DNA of 64,000 bases from a bacterium (GTDB lineage: Bacteria > Patescibacteriota > Minisyncoccia > UBA6257 > 02-FULL-45-10c). Positions 10,391 to 19,194 of the stretch are shown here, piece after piece; the first letter of the stretch is position 1; every line of letters begins with the position of its first letter. The translations under genes and the position numbers were made by a program. The notes under the pieces are model-generated. The model ran no database searches. It was not told the DNA's origin and saw nothing but the letters and a program-made list of their open reading frames with translations. Where the stretch lies: positions 13,428 to 77,427 of the forward strand of contig JAUYKI010000006.1 in NCBI GenBank assembly GCA_030700025.1. Reading direction: 5' to 3'.

Positions 10391-11475
10391 TGGCAAAAAA
10401 TTATTATCAAATTCTTGGGGTAGAAAAAAGCGCTTCGGAAGAGGACATAAAAAAAGCTTTTCGCAAGCTGGCGCATCAGCATCATCCGGATAAAGCCGGA
10501 GGCAATGAACAGAAGTTCAAAGAAATCAACGAAGCTTATCAGGTGCTTTCCAATAAAGAAAAGCGGTCTCAATATGACCGGTTCGGAAGGGTGGCAGACG
10601 GCGCTCAAGGCAACGGTCCTTTTGGCGGCCCGTTCAGCGGTTTTGGCGAAGGCTTTGATTTTAATTTTGACCCGTCCAATTTGGAGGATCTTTCCAATGT
10701 CAGCGATATTTTTGAGTCGTTTTTTGAAGGGCTGGGAATGAAAAAGAGGAAAACTTACCATCGGGGCGCGGACATTGAGGCCGTAAAAGAAATTTCGCTG
10801 GAAGAAGCTTTCCGCGGAATTGATTTGCGGTTGAAGGTGGAAACCGAATTGTCTTGCAAGCATTGCGCCGGTGCCGGTTATTTTTCTAAAGAAGGTTTTA
10901 CCAAATGCGGAGCTTGCGGGGGGCGGGGCGAGGTGCGGGAAACGCGCCAGACTTTTTTCGGGCAGTTTGCCCAAGTCCGGGCATGTTCCAAGTGCCGCGG
11001 ACAGGGAGAAATTCCGAATAAAATCTGTAATTATTGCAGTGGCAGTGGCCGGATAAAAGGAGAGCGGGAAGTGGAAATTGAAATCGCGCCCGGAATCGCT
11101 GACGGGCAATTAATCAAGGTAACCGGAGCCGGACAGGCGGGCGAACGGGGAGCCGGAGCCGGCGATCTTTACGCGCGGATTAAAATTAAACCGCATCATG
11201 ATTTTCAAAGAGTTAATAATGATTTGATTGTTAAAAAGAGCTTAAGCTTAACCGATATATTGCTTGGGAAAAAAGTGGAAATCCCAACAGTAGCCGGCGG
11301 GAAAATTAACGCGGAAATTCCCGAAGATTTTAATTTACGGGAACGATTGCGGATTCCGGGCGAAGGGATGCCAAGATTTGGTTCTTTTGGGCGCGGAGAC
11401 CTTTATGTGGAATTCCAGATTCGGACTCCGAAAAAGATTGATCCGAAAATCAAAAAGTTTTTGGAAGAGCTATAA
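10390..11475 (+). CDS. dnaJ: Chaperone DnaJ
   Basis: J domain with HPD, four CxxCxGxG repeats. Confidence 0.98.
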   Translation: MAKNYYQILGVEKSASEEDIKKAFRKLAHQHHPDKAGGNEQKFKEINEAYQVLSNKEKRSQYDRFGRVADGAQGNGPFGGPFSGFGEGFDFNFDPSNLEDLSNVSDIFESFFEGLGMKKRKTYHRGADIEAVKEISLEEAFRGIDLRLKVETELSCKHCAGAGYFSKEGFTKCGACGGRGEVRETRQTFFGQFAQVRACSKCRGQGEIPNKICNYCSGSGRIKGEREVEIEIAPGIADGQLIKVTGAGQAGERGAGAGDLYARIKIKPHHDFQRVNNDLIVKKSLSLTDILLGKKVEIPTVAGGKINAEIPEDFNLRERLRIPGEGMPRFGSFGRGDLYVEFQIRTPKKIDPKIKKFLEEL

Positions 11476-11600
11476 TCCCCCACATAACAAAGACAATAGA
11501 TTTATGCCAAAACCAAGCTTTACTATAAAAACCAGTCGTTTATTAAAAAAACAAAGATTTAACGGACAATCTGCTCCGCGGTCTTTGTTATGTGGGGGAT
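11475..11600. mobile_element. MITE-like unit with 20-bp TIRs (same family as 7082)
   Basis: atcccccacataacaaagac ... gtctttgttatgtgggggat. Confidence 0.7.
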
Positions 11601-12219
11601 GAAACGAAGTCTTACCTTGATTGAGTTGCTGGCCATAGCGCTGACCATTGGGTTGGCGGTTTTGATGTTTTTAGTTCCACAAAAAGAATATCGCCACGAT
11701 TTAGTAGTGGTGGCGTTCGGCGACAGCCTGACTGTCGGCCATGGTGTTCCGCCGGGAAAAAACTTTGTGGTCTATCTTTCGGAATATACGGATATCCCGA
11801 TTATTAACGCCGGCGTTACCGGCGATACCACGGGCGAAGCCCTGCTTCGTTTGCAGGCGGATGTTTTGGATAAAAAGCCGAATGTCGTGACGGTGCTTTT
11901 GGGCGGAAATGATTTATTGAAAGGGAATAGCGAAGAAGTGGTGCGGGCTAATTTAAAAATTATTATCCGGGAAATTAAAAAAATCGGCGCTAAGGTAATT
12001 TTAATCGGCGGAAGCAAGCAATTGGCCCCGGCTTTTGAAATGGTGTTTGAAAAAATCGCTATGGAAGAAAAAGTGGCCGGCTACGTGCCGGATGTTTTGC
12101 GAGGCATGCTTTTGAGAAAGGATTTATTATTTGACGACATTCATCCGAATGACCGCGGACACAAGATTATCGCGGAACGGATTTTGCCGACGCTAGAAAG
12201 AGTTTTAAAAGAGCAATAG
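11599..12219 (+). CDS. GDSL/SGNH hydrolase (TesA/arylesterase-like) with N-terminal anchor
   Basis: FGDSLT, NAGVTGDTT, LGGND, DDIHPN. Confidence 0.92.
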   Translation: MKRSLTLIELLAIALTIGLAVLMFLVPQKEYRHDLVVVAFGDSLTVGHGVPPGKNFVVYLSEYTDIPIINAGVTGDTTGEALLRLQADVLDKKPNVVTVLLGGNDLLKGNSEEVVRANLKIIIREIKKIGAKVILIGGSKQLAPAFEMVFEKIAMEEKVAGYVPDVLRGMLLRKDLLFDDIHPNDRGHKIIAERILPTLERVLKEQ

Positions 12220-12226
12220 TCCCAAA

Positions 12227-12526
12227 CTCGGAAACCTTTATTCTCCATTTTTGCTCAGCCGTACCACCTCTCCTCAACCCGCTCCGTTCGCTCCTGCGGC
12301 TCACTTCGCTTTGTCCTCGCGGCTCGGCCATCGAGGCTTCCGCCTTTAACGATGGGCCAAGCCCTCGCTCGCTGCGGGGGTATCGGAGAAGTAGTAACGG
12401 CTTCGCTTAAAAAATAAAGGTTTCCTCGCTAAATAAAAAAATAATAAGAAAAATCCTCCCTCACTTTTGTGAAAACGCAATAAAAAAATCCGCCATAGGC
12501 GGATTAACTTTCACAAGAGTGAGGGA
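12227..12526. repeat. Composite nested palindromic element (family D module within other shells)
   Basis: 12254-12408 is the reverse complement of 49835-49987; flanking arms match 57911-58082; ccctcacttttgt...acaagagtgaggg hairpin with an insert in its loop. Confidence 0.8.
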
Positions 12527-12542
12527 TCGGGGGATAAATAAT

Positions 12543-13307
12543 TTATTCAGCAGTGAGCTTGGACCAGACTCCGAAAGTCTGGGTTTTACAGCCCATGACT
12601 TCCTGGTAAATCGCCATGCCCAGATAAACTTTAGTTTCCATGGTGGCTTGCTGGAACGCTACTAAACCGGCGTCCATTTCAGCAAGGCGTCCAGATTTCT
12701 GAATGCCAATTAGTCCCATGCCAACTATGGCTTTATCTCCGGCTTTTTGGCAGAGAATTAATCCCACAGCTAACGCCGCTCGTTTGCCTGCTTTTTGATA
12801 GGCGACCAGTCCCAACAAATGGTCAATGTCATTTTCGGCAGATTCATACAGGGAAATTCCAGTAACAACTAAGATGTCTTTTTTAGCCCGCTGATATCCG
12901 GTTATTCCGAGGACAGTGACGGCATCGCGTCCGGCGCTCTGATATACGGTTATTCCGAGGGCGGTGGCGGCATCGCGTCCGGCGCTCTGATAGCCGGTTA
13001 TTCCGAAGCCGGTGGCGGCATCGCGTCCGGCGCTCTGATATCCGCCCAATCCGACGACGCTCATCGCATCCTCGTTAGCTTTTTGGTGAAGCGAGCAAAC
13101 AGAATAAATGCTTTTTTCGCTGACCGCGTTTCCGAAAACCGTGAAAATATTGCCGTTGATATTGATGGGCAGGCAAAGAATTGCCACCCAGGTCGCCATC
13201 TTAAGCGCCCGCAGGTGAGAGTATTTTACTCGTTTTTGGTTATTCCACATACACCATAAACAGAAGTAGACTATCGCGGTCAGGAAATACAGAACCAGAT
13301 TTTCCAT
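12543..13307 (-). CDS. Membrane-anchored 16-aa repeat protein (beta-solenoid-like)
   Basis: GYQSAGRDAATxxGIT repeats; ggagg SD; N-terminal TM helices. Confidence 0.75.
   Translation of the reverse strand: MENLVLYFLTAIVYFCLWCMWNNQKRVKYSHLRALKMATWVAILCLPININGNIFTVFGNAVSEKSIYSVCSLHQKANEDAMSVVGLGGYQSAGRDAATGFGITGYQSAGRDAATALGITVYQSAGRDAVTVLGITGYQRAKKDILVVTGISLYESAENDIDHLLGLVAYQKAGKRAALAVGLILCQKAGDKAIVGMGLIGIQKSGRLAEMDAGLVAFQQATMETKVYLGMAIYQEVMGCKTQTFGVWSKLTAE
12891..13044. repeat. 48-bp tandem repeat (~3.2 copies) in CDS
   Basis: ctgata recurs at 12891, 12939, 12987, 13035. Confidence 0.9.
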
Positions 13308-13528
13308 TCGTTTCCTCCCTAAATCCGCCAGCTGGCGGATTGGGCTAGCCCGTGCGTACGCACGTACGCCCTAGGGCGATCATCCGACCACTTTGTGGTT
13401 CAGGATGATTTAGCCTTTTTGGTTTTCAAACTACTGCGGTAGTATAATATATTAATTAAATCTCGTCAAGTAGTTTAGAAAAATTTTGAGTAAAATAAAA
13501 CCGCGTTTAAGCGCGGTTTTAAAATTTG

Positions 13529-13599
13529 TGCCTCCACTTGGAATCGAACCAAGCTCAATTGCTTAAAAGGCAACTGCTCTACCACTGAGCTATGGAGGC
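13529..13599 (-). tRNA. tRNA-Lys(UUU)
   Basis: gcctcca acceptor stem, tagctcagtggtagagc D arm, gttgc-ctTTTaa-gcaat anticodon arm, ggttcgattcc T arm. Confidence 0.95.
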
Positions 13600-13713
13600 A
13601 ATATAGAGATTATATAGTATAAAATTTTTGGTTCAAGAGCAATCGTATATTGACAGTAATTATATTTTATGATATTCTATTGCTAAGTTAGATTTTTGAC
13701 AAGGAGGAAGCGG

Positions 13714-14145
13714 ATGAGCGAAGTTCGGCGGTGCCAGATGGCGTTAGCGCGGATGGAAGAATTGCCGGTAGCGGAAAAGGAATTAGCCCAGTCTATTTAT
13801 CTCCTGATTATCAAGATTGAGCTCTACCATTGGTCTTGGCCGAATTCATTCGGCATGTTGGCGGTGGGCTTGGGCGCTTTGGCTGCTATCATTTCGGGCA
13901 TGCGGCTTCCCGTTACGGGACCATTGGAAATGATTAGCATCGTTGGCGCGATAGGGTTGTTTTATTGGATTGGTTTCCGGCTATCTAAAAATCTGTTTTT
14001 CAACCAGCGGGTCGGCGAACTGCTCCACCAAATGAAAAATCTGCAGTTCTCCAATGCTGGATTTAATAAGACGCTGAAGACTTTGAAAGAAATTGATCCG
14101 CGGATTGAAGTTAATATCGGCAAGCTATTGCCACAAACCTATTAA
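13714..14145 (+). CDS. Hypothetical two-TM membrane protein
   Basis: aaggagg SD before ATG 13714; TTGACA-17-TATTCT promoter at ~13650-13678. Confidence 0.65.
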   Translation: MSEVRRCQMALARMEELPVAEKELAQSIYLLIIKIELYHWSWPNSFGMLAVGLGALAAIISGMRLPVTGPLEMISIVGAIGLFYWIGFRLSKNLFFNQRVGELLHQMKNLQFSNAGFNKTLKTLKEIDPRIEVNIGKLLPQTY

Positions 14146-14174
14146 GCAAGGGTATTGACTCTTGCTTTTTTATT

Positions 14175-14452
14175 GTCTGAGGCTTTCTTCTCTCGCTACC
14201 GTTCAAACTCCCAGTCCCTCACTTTTGTACAAGAGTGAGGGAAGTTTTCACTGGGTTTCGGATTTCGCTCGCCCAGCCCTATTTATTTTGAGGAACATCC
14301 CGCAGGCGTATTTTGCTTGGACCACAAAATACGCCGAGGGCGAAGAAAATCCGGCCGCTGGAGCCGGATTATTCTGTTTCCGAGAAGTAGATAGGGCTGG
14401 GCACCATGCCCACTCAATCCTCGGCCCGCGCTACGGAGAAGAAAACCTCAGA
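14175..14452. repeat. Composite nested element: family E shell containing shell B containing family A
   Basis: Outer parts are near-identical to the reverse complement of 57931-58068; cccagccctat...atagggctggg encloses the 90-nt repeat. Confidence 0.85.
14292..14381 (+). repeat. 90-nt structured repeat, family A, copy 2
   Basis: Stem-2 variant aatccggc-cgctgga-gccggatt. Confidence 0.95.
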
Positions 14453-14510
14453 CACCTTTCTATATTTATGAAGTTGTAATATTTTTTTCATCCATCTATA
14501 CTTTATTTTA

Positions 14511-15743
14511 ATGCGTTCCAAGCCTATTTTCTTTTTAGGATTGATATTGATCTTAACCGTTGCCGGAGCTTTTTTTGTTTATCCGCAAAGTCCTTGGTCG
14601 GAAAAGATTTTGCCATGGCGTTTGGGCCTGGATTTAGTCGGCGGTTCTTATTTGATTTATGAAGTGGATATGGCGTCGGTGGCATCCGGAGACCGGGACG
14701 CGGTTATTAATGGTTTGCGGGACGTTATTGAAAAAAGGGTTAATTTATTCGGGGTCAGCGAACCGAGAGTCACTCTTTCCACGGTTGGGGAAAGCTACCG
14801 CTTAAATGTGGAGCTGGCGGGAATTAAAGATATCAAGGCCGCCATCGCCCAAATCGGTGAAACGCCGTTTTTACAATTTTCGGAAGTGGATTTAACCGAC
14901 GAAACAAATCCTAAGTTTACTCCAACGGAACTGAACGGCCGGTATATTACCAGCGCCGCCGTTGTGTTCAGTCCGGCCAGCCTTCCGACCGTGAGTTTGG
15001 AATTTAATGACGAAGGCGCGGTGATTTTTGAAGAACTGACCAGAAATAATGTCGGCAACATGATCGCCATCTTTTTAGATGATAGTTTAATTGAAATGGC
15101 GAGAGTGACGGAAGAAATTTCCGGCGGGCGGGCGCAAATTTCCGGAATCGGGGACGCTAAGGAAGCCAAGAAATTGGTGGAGCGTTTAAACGCCGGAGCT
15201 TTGCCGGCGCCGATTAAACTAATCAATCAGCAAACCATCAGCGCTTCTTTGGGCCAAGATTCTTTATCTAAAACTATTTGGGCCGGAGTTTGGGGAACGT
15301 TGGCGGTATTGCTGTTTATGCTTATTTATTACCGGGGATTGGGATTTTTCGCCTCCATTGCTTTAGTAGTTTATGTAATATTGACCATGTCTATTTTTAA
15401 GCTGTTTTCTATAACTATGACTCTCGCTGGCATCGCGGGCTTCATTCTTTCTATAGGCATGGCGGTAGATGCCAATATTCTTATTTTTGAGCGCACTAAG
15501 GAGGAGATAAAGCGGGGAATGGCGCGTTTTACGGCTGTTGAAAAGGGATTCAGCCGCGCCTGGACTTCCATTCGGGATTCCAACGTTTCCACGATTTTGA
15601 CTTCGGTTATATTGTTTTATTTCACTTCCGGATTTATCAAGGGATTTGCCCTGGCGTTATTGATCGGAGTTTTGGTAAGTATGTTCACCGCTATTACCGC
15701 CACCCGGAATTTATTAAAGGTATTCTATACGACTAAAGACTAA
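14511..15743 (+). CDS. secD: Protein translocase subunit SecD
   Basis: LGLDLVGG, RVNLFGVSEP, GMAVDANILIFER. Confidence 0.97.
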   Translation: MRSKPIFFLGLILILTVAGAFFVYPQSPWSEKILPWRLGLDLVGGSYLIYEVDMASVASGDRDAVINGLRDVIEKRVNLFGVSEPRVTLSTVGESYRLNVELAGIKDIKAAIAQIGETPFLQFSEVDLTDETNPKFTPTELNGRYITSAAVVFSPASLPTVSLEFNDEGAVIFEELTRNNVGNMIAIFLDDSLIEMARVTEEISGGRAQISGIGDAKEAKKLVERLNAGALPAPIKLINQQTISASLGQDSLSKTIWAGVWGTLAVLLFMLIYYRGLGFFASIALVVYVILTMSIFKLFSITMTLAGIAGFILSIGMAVDANILIFERTKEEIKRGMARFTAVEKGFSRAWTSIRDSNVSTILTSVILFYFTSGFIKGFALALLIGVLVSMFTAITATRNLLKVFYTTKD

Positions 15744-15753
15744 GAACTAAAAC

Positions 15754-16638
15754 ATGTTTGATTTAATTAAGTATAAAAAGTTATTTATCGGCTTTTCCGG
15801 AGCTCTGACGGTATTGGCAATTTTAAGCATGGTTATTTTCGGATTCCGGCAGGGAATTGATTTTGTCGGCGGAACGCTTTGGCAGGTAAAGTTTACCGGC
15901 CAAGCGGTAACTTCGGAGGCTTTGGAAGTGGCGTTAAAAGACAAGCTGGGATTGGAAAACTTTTTGGTAACCGCTTCGGAAAATAATGAATTTTTAATCC
16001 GCTCCAAGGATTTTACAGAAGCCGAACATCAGCAGTTTTTAGAGAGTTTAAGTTTGTCTTTTGGATCGGTTGAAGAACTGCGATTTGAAAGCATTGGTCC
16101 AAGTATTGGCAAGGAATTGCGCGGCCGGGCCTTTCAGGCGTTTGTCATGGTGCTGTTGGGCATTTCCTTATATATAGCCTTTGCTTTTCGGAAAGTTTCC
16201 CAGCCGGTTAGCTCTTGGAAGTACGGCTTTATTACCTTAATCACTCTATTCCACGACGCTTTGATTCCGGCCGGCGTTTACGCGTTTTTAAGCAGTTTCC
16301 GGGGAATAGAAATAGATACTAATTTTATCGTGGCTTTACTGGTGATTATGGGATTTTCAGTCCATGACACGATTGTGGTGTTTGACCGGATCAGGGAAAA
16401 TTTAATTGTTCAGAAAGGGAAGTCTTTGGATGAAATTATTAACGCAAGCATCAATCAAACCTTCGCGCGATCCATAAACACTTCGCTGACCTTGGTGCTG
16501 GTTCTTGTCGCGCTCTATATATTTGGCGCTTCGGTATTAAGTTATTTTGTTTTGACGATTTTATTGGGCACGATTATCGGAACGTATTCTTCTATTTTTG
16601 TTGCTAGCCCATTATTGACTTACTTTGTGAAAAAGTAG
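15754..16638 (+). CDS. secF: Protein translocase subunit SecF
   Basis: GIDFVGG, IGPSIGKEL, GFSVHDTIVVFDRIRE, RSINTS. Confidence 0.97.
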   Translation: MFDLIKYKKLFIGFSGALTVLAILSMVIFGFRQGIDFVGGTLWQVKFTGQAVTSEALEVALKDKLGLENFLVTASENNEFLIRSKDFTEAEHQQFLESLSLSFGSVEELRFESIGPSIGKELRGRAFQAFVMVLLGISLYIAFAFRKVSQPVSSWKYGFITLITLFHDALIPAGVYAFLSSFRGIEIDTNFIVALLVIMGFSVHDTIVVFDRIRENLIVQKGKSLDEIINASINQTFARSINTSLTLVLVLVALYIFGASVLSYFVLTILLGTIIGTYSSIFVASPLLTYFVKK

Positions 16639-16757
16639 GAAGCGGGAAGGGGGGTTGACACGTTGGGGCGGGGTATGCTACTATATCTACAAATTGACAT
16701 ACGAAGGTTTTGGGCACTTGACAGATTAAAACCTAGTATGGTAACATATAAAACGAA

Positions 16758-17813
16758 ATGACCGGACAAAATTTAGGACAATTAGTAAATAAAGCGCTGG
16801 CAGTTCTTACTCCTCGGGAAAAAGAGGTGGTAGAACAGCGCTGGGGCCTAAAAGACGGCCAATCTTTAACGCTTGCCGAAGTAGGAGATTCCTATGGCAT
16901 TACCCGGGAACGGGTGCGGCAAATTGAAGCTACGGCTGTTAATAAGCTGAAAGCTTTAGTCCGCAAGGGCGAGTTAAAAGATTTCTTAGGCACGATTGCC
17001 AGCCACTTAAAAGTAGTCGGCGGATTGCGCCGGGAAACCTTGCTTTTGGACGATCTTAAATTCTTATTAAGAGAAAATGTTGGCGCGACTGCCATGGGGA
17101 ATAAAGTAAAGTTTCTTTTGGAATTGTCGGATTCTCCGGCTTACTCTCAAGAAGATAACGATTTCCATTCTTACTGGTATGCTTCCCGGGATGATAAGCA
17201 AAAAGCACACAACTTCGTTTCCAGGCTGGTTAAGTTTTTGGAAAAGAATAAGTCGGCTATTATCACCCAGCCGGTCAGCGTCAAAGATGTAATTAAGGAA
17301 GTGGCCACGACTTTAAATTTGAAAGAAGCGATTGCCTTAAATTATGCTTCTTTATCTAAACAGTTTCATGTTAATCAATACGGCGATTTCGGATTAGCGG
17401 ATTGGGATGAGTTAAATCCGAAAACTGTCCGCCACTGGGCTAACTTGGTTTTGCGAAAAGAACGCCAACCGCTTCACTTTACGGATATCGCGAAAGTAAT
17501 CAATAAAGTTAAAAAGAATTCTTCCAAAGTAGTTAATGCCCAGACCGTGCATAATGAATTAATTAAAGACAGCCGGTTCGTGTTAGTTGGCCGGGGCATG
17601 TACGGCTTGCAGGAATTCGGCTTGATGCCGGGAACTGCCAGAGAGGTTATTGCCCGCTTGCTGAAAAAGCATGGGCCGTTAAAGTCTGCGGACCTAGTAT
17701 CGTTCGTTAAACAAGAAAGAGTTTTTAAGGATAATACTATCTTCATCAATCTGCAGAATAAAAAGCACTTCTCCAGAATGCCGGACGGCCGTTACTCCGT
17801 AAAAGAAGCTTAA
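16758..17813 (+). CDS. Sigma70 region-4 / HARE-HTH (RNAP delta-like) domain protein
   Basis: N-terminal LTPREKEVV..RWGL...TLAEVG...ITRERVRQIE; C-terminal PLHFTDI...VHNELIKDSRFVLVGRGMYGL. Confidence 0.8.
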   Translation: MTGQNLGQLVNKALAVLTPREKEVVEQRWGLKDGQSLTLAEVGDSYGITRERVRQIEATAVNKLKALVRKGELKDFLGTIASHLKVVGGLRRETLLLDDLKFLLRENVGATAMGNKVKFLLELSDSPAYSQEDNDFHSYWYASRDDKQKAHNFVSRLVKFLEKNKSAIITQPVSVKDVIKEVATTLNLKEAIALNYASLSKQFHVNQYGDFGLADWDELNPKTVRHWANLVLRKERQPLHFTDIAKVINKVKKNSSKVVNAQTVHNELIKDSRFVLVGRGMYGLQEFGLMPGTAREVIARLLKKHGPLKSADLVSFVKQERVFKDNTIFINLQNKKHFSRMPDGRYSVKEA

Positions 17814-17816
17814 TTA

Positions 17817-17851
17817 CAAAAAACGTCCCGTAAGAACGGGATGTTTTTTGT
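17817..17851 (+). terminator. Intrinsic terminator
   Basis: aaaaaacgtcccg-taagaa-cgggatgtttttt. Confidence 0.75.
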
Positions 17852-17887
17852 TAAATCAGTTTTTTGATATAATTAGTTTATAATCTT

Positions 17888-19177
17888 ATGGATCCTTTTA
17901 CTGTTTTTTCTAGCCCAGTTTTCATCGGAATTCTCCAGTCTATTTTTAGAGTATTCGCCGCAACCTGGTGGGTGATTTTGCCTATAGGTTTATTTTTTAT
18001 TTGGAAAGATCTCTGGGTTTGGGGTTTGCACTATCTTTGGAAAAAGAACATCAAATGGGCGCTTTTGGAAATTAAAGTCCCAAAGAATATCTTAAAAACG
18101 CCAAAGGCAATGGAGAATGTTTTCGCCGCTCTGCACGCTATGTATATTAAAAACTTCGGCTGGGAAGACCGCTATTTTAAGGGTGAAGACTTTCAATGGT
18201 TTACCTGTGAATTGGTGGGTTATGCCGGCGGAGTGCAGTTTTTTATCCGCTGTCCAGAGATGAGTCGCAATCTGGTGGAGTCGGCGATTTATTCGGAATA
18301 TCCGGACGTAGAAATCATTCCAGCGGATGATTATACGGACTTAATGCCGGACATAATGCCGAACGATAAATATGATTTATACGGCCAGGATTTTGTTTTA
18401 GCCAAGCCGAATCCCTACCCAATCCGGACCTATGAATTTTTTGAAGCTAACGTGGACGAACAGCGTTTGGATCCCATTTCCGCCATTACCGAAGCCATGT
18501 CCCGGTTAAAAGACGGCGAGGCGATTTGGATGCAGTATTTAGTGAAGCCGGTTCCGGATGATTGGAAAAAAGAAGGCGAGGCGATTCGGGATAAAATGAT
18601 GCAAAGGAAGGCAGCTAAAAAAGAAGAGGGGTGGGTTACCGGCCTGATGCACTTTTTTTACAATCTTTCTTTGGCAGCCATTGAACATCCGGTTTGGCCG
18701 GGGGATGAAAAGCCGTCTACGGACCGGATGATTTTCTTATCTCCGGGCGAAAACCTGGTTTTAAAGGGAGTGGAAAATAAGATTTCCAAATTAGGCTTCG
18801 AAACAGTCGTCCGGTTTCTTTATATAGATAAGCGGGATAGTTTTTCTCCGGCTAATATTTCGGCGGTTAACGGCGCTATCCGGCAATTTAATACCCAGGA
18901 CATGAATGCCTTTAAAGTTTTAGGCGACACGGTTACCTTTGTCACCTCCAGAAAATTTACTTATAAAAGCTGGTTTAGGAAACAGAGGGTGCTTTATAAA
19001 AAAAGGCTTTTTTATGATATGTACCGGCTTCGCTGGTTTCCGGCTAAGGCATCAGTTTTAAATACCGAAGAATTGGCAACGGTATTTCATTTCCCATTGG
19101 TAACCGTGGAAGCCCCAATGTTAAGGCGTTTAGACGTAAGAAAGGGCGAGCCGCCGGCGGGATTGCCAATTGAATAG
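17888..19177 (+). CDS. Conserved membrane-anchored protein paired with the downstream ATPase
   Basis: N-terminal TM, LLEIKVP, ELATVFHFP ending; architecture typical of CPR ATPase-associated genes. Confidence 0.7.
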   Translation: MDPFTVFSSPVFIGILQSIFRVFAATWWVILPIGLFFIWKDLWVWGLHYLWKKNIKWALLEIKVPKNILKTPKAMENVFAALHAMYIKNFGWEDRYFKGEDFQWFTCELVGYAGGVQFFIRCPEMSRNLVESAIYSEYPDVEIIPADDYTDLMPDIMPNDKYDLYGQDFVLAKPNPYPIRTYEFFEANVDEQRLDPISAITEAMSRLKDGEAIWMQYLVKPVPDDWKKEGEAIRDKMMQRKAAKKEEGWVTGLMHFFYNLSLAAIEHPVWPGDEKPSTDRMIFLSPGENLVLKGVENKISKLGFETVVRFLYIDKRDSFSPANISAVNGAIRQFNTQDMNAFKVLGDTVTFVTSRKFTYKSWFRKQRVLYKKRLFYDMYRLRWFPAKASVLNTEELATVFHFPLVTVEAPMLRRLDVRKGEPPAGLPIE

Positions 19178-19194
19178 GAACTAGAAACAACACT

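Noticed and set aside
10261-11109. 282-aa antisense ORF and similar shadows on dnaK, putA, alaS, rpoD
   Set aside because: Antisense to well-supported conserved genes.
12891-13044. Possible CRISPR array
   Set aside because: Tandem 48-bp in-frame coding repeats with no unique spacers.
14162-14479. ORFs over the repeats (also 22997, 23298, 25388, 34676, 34728, 49779, 57292)
   Set aside because: Shared peptides such as NIPQAYFAWTTKYAEG are merely translations of the non-coding repeat.
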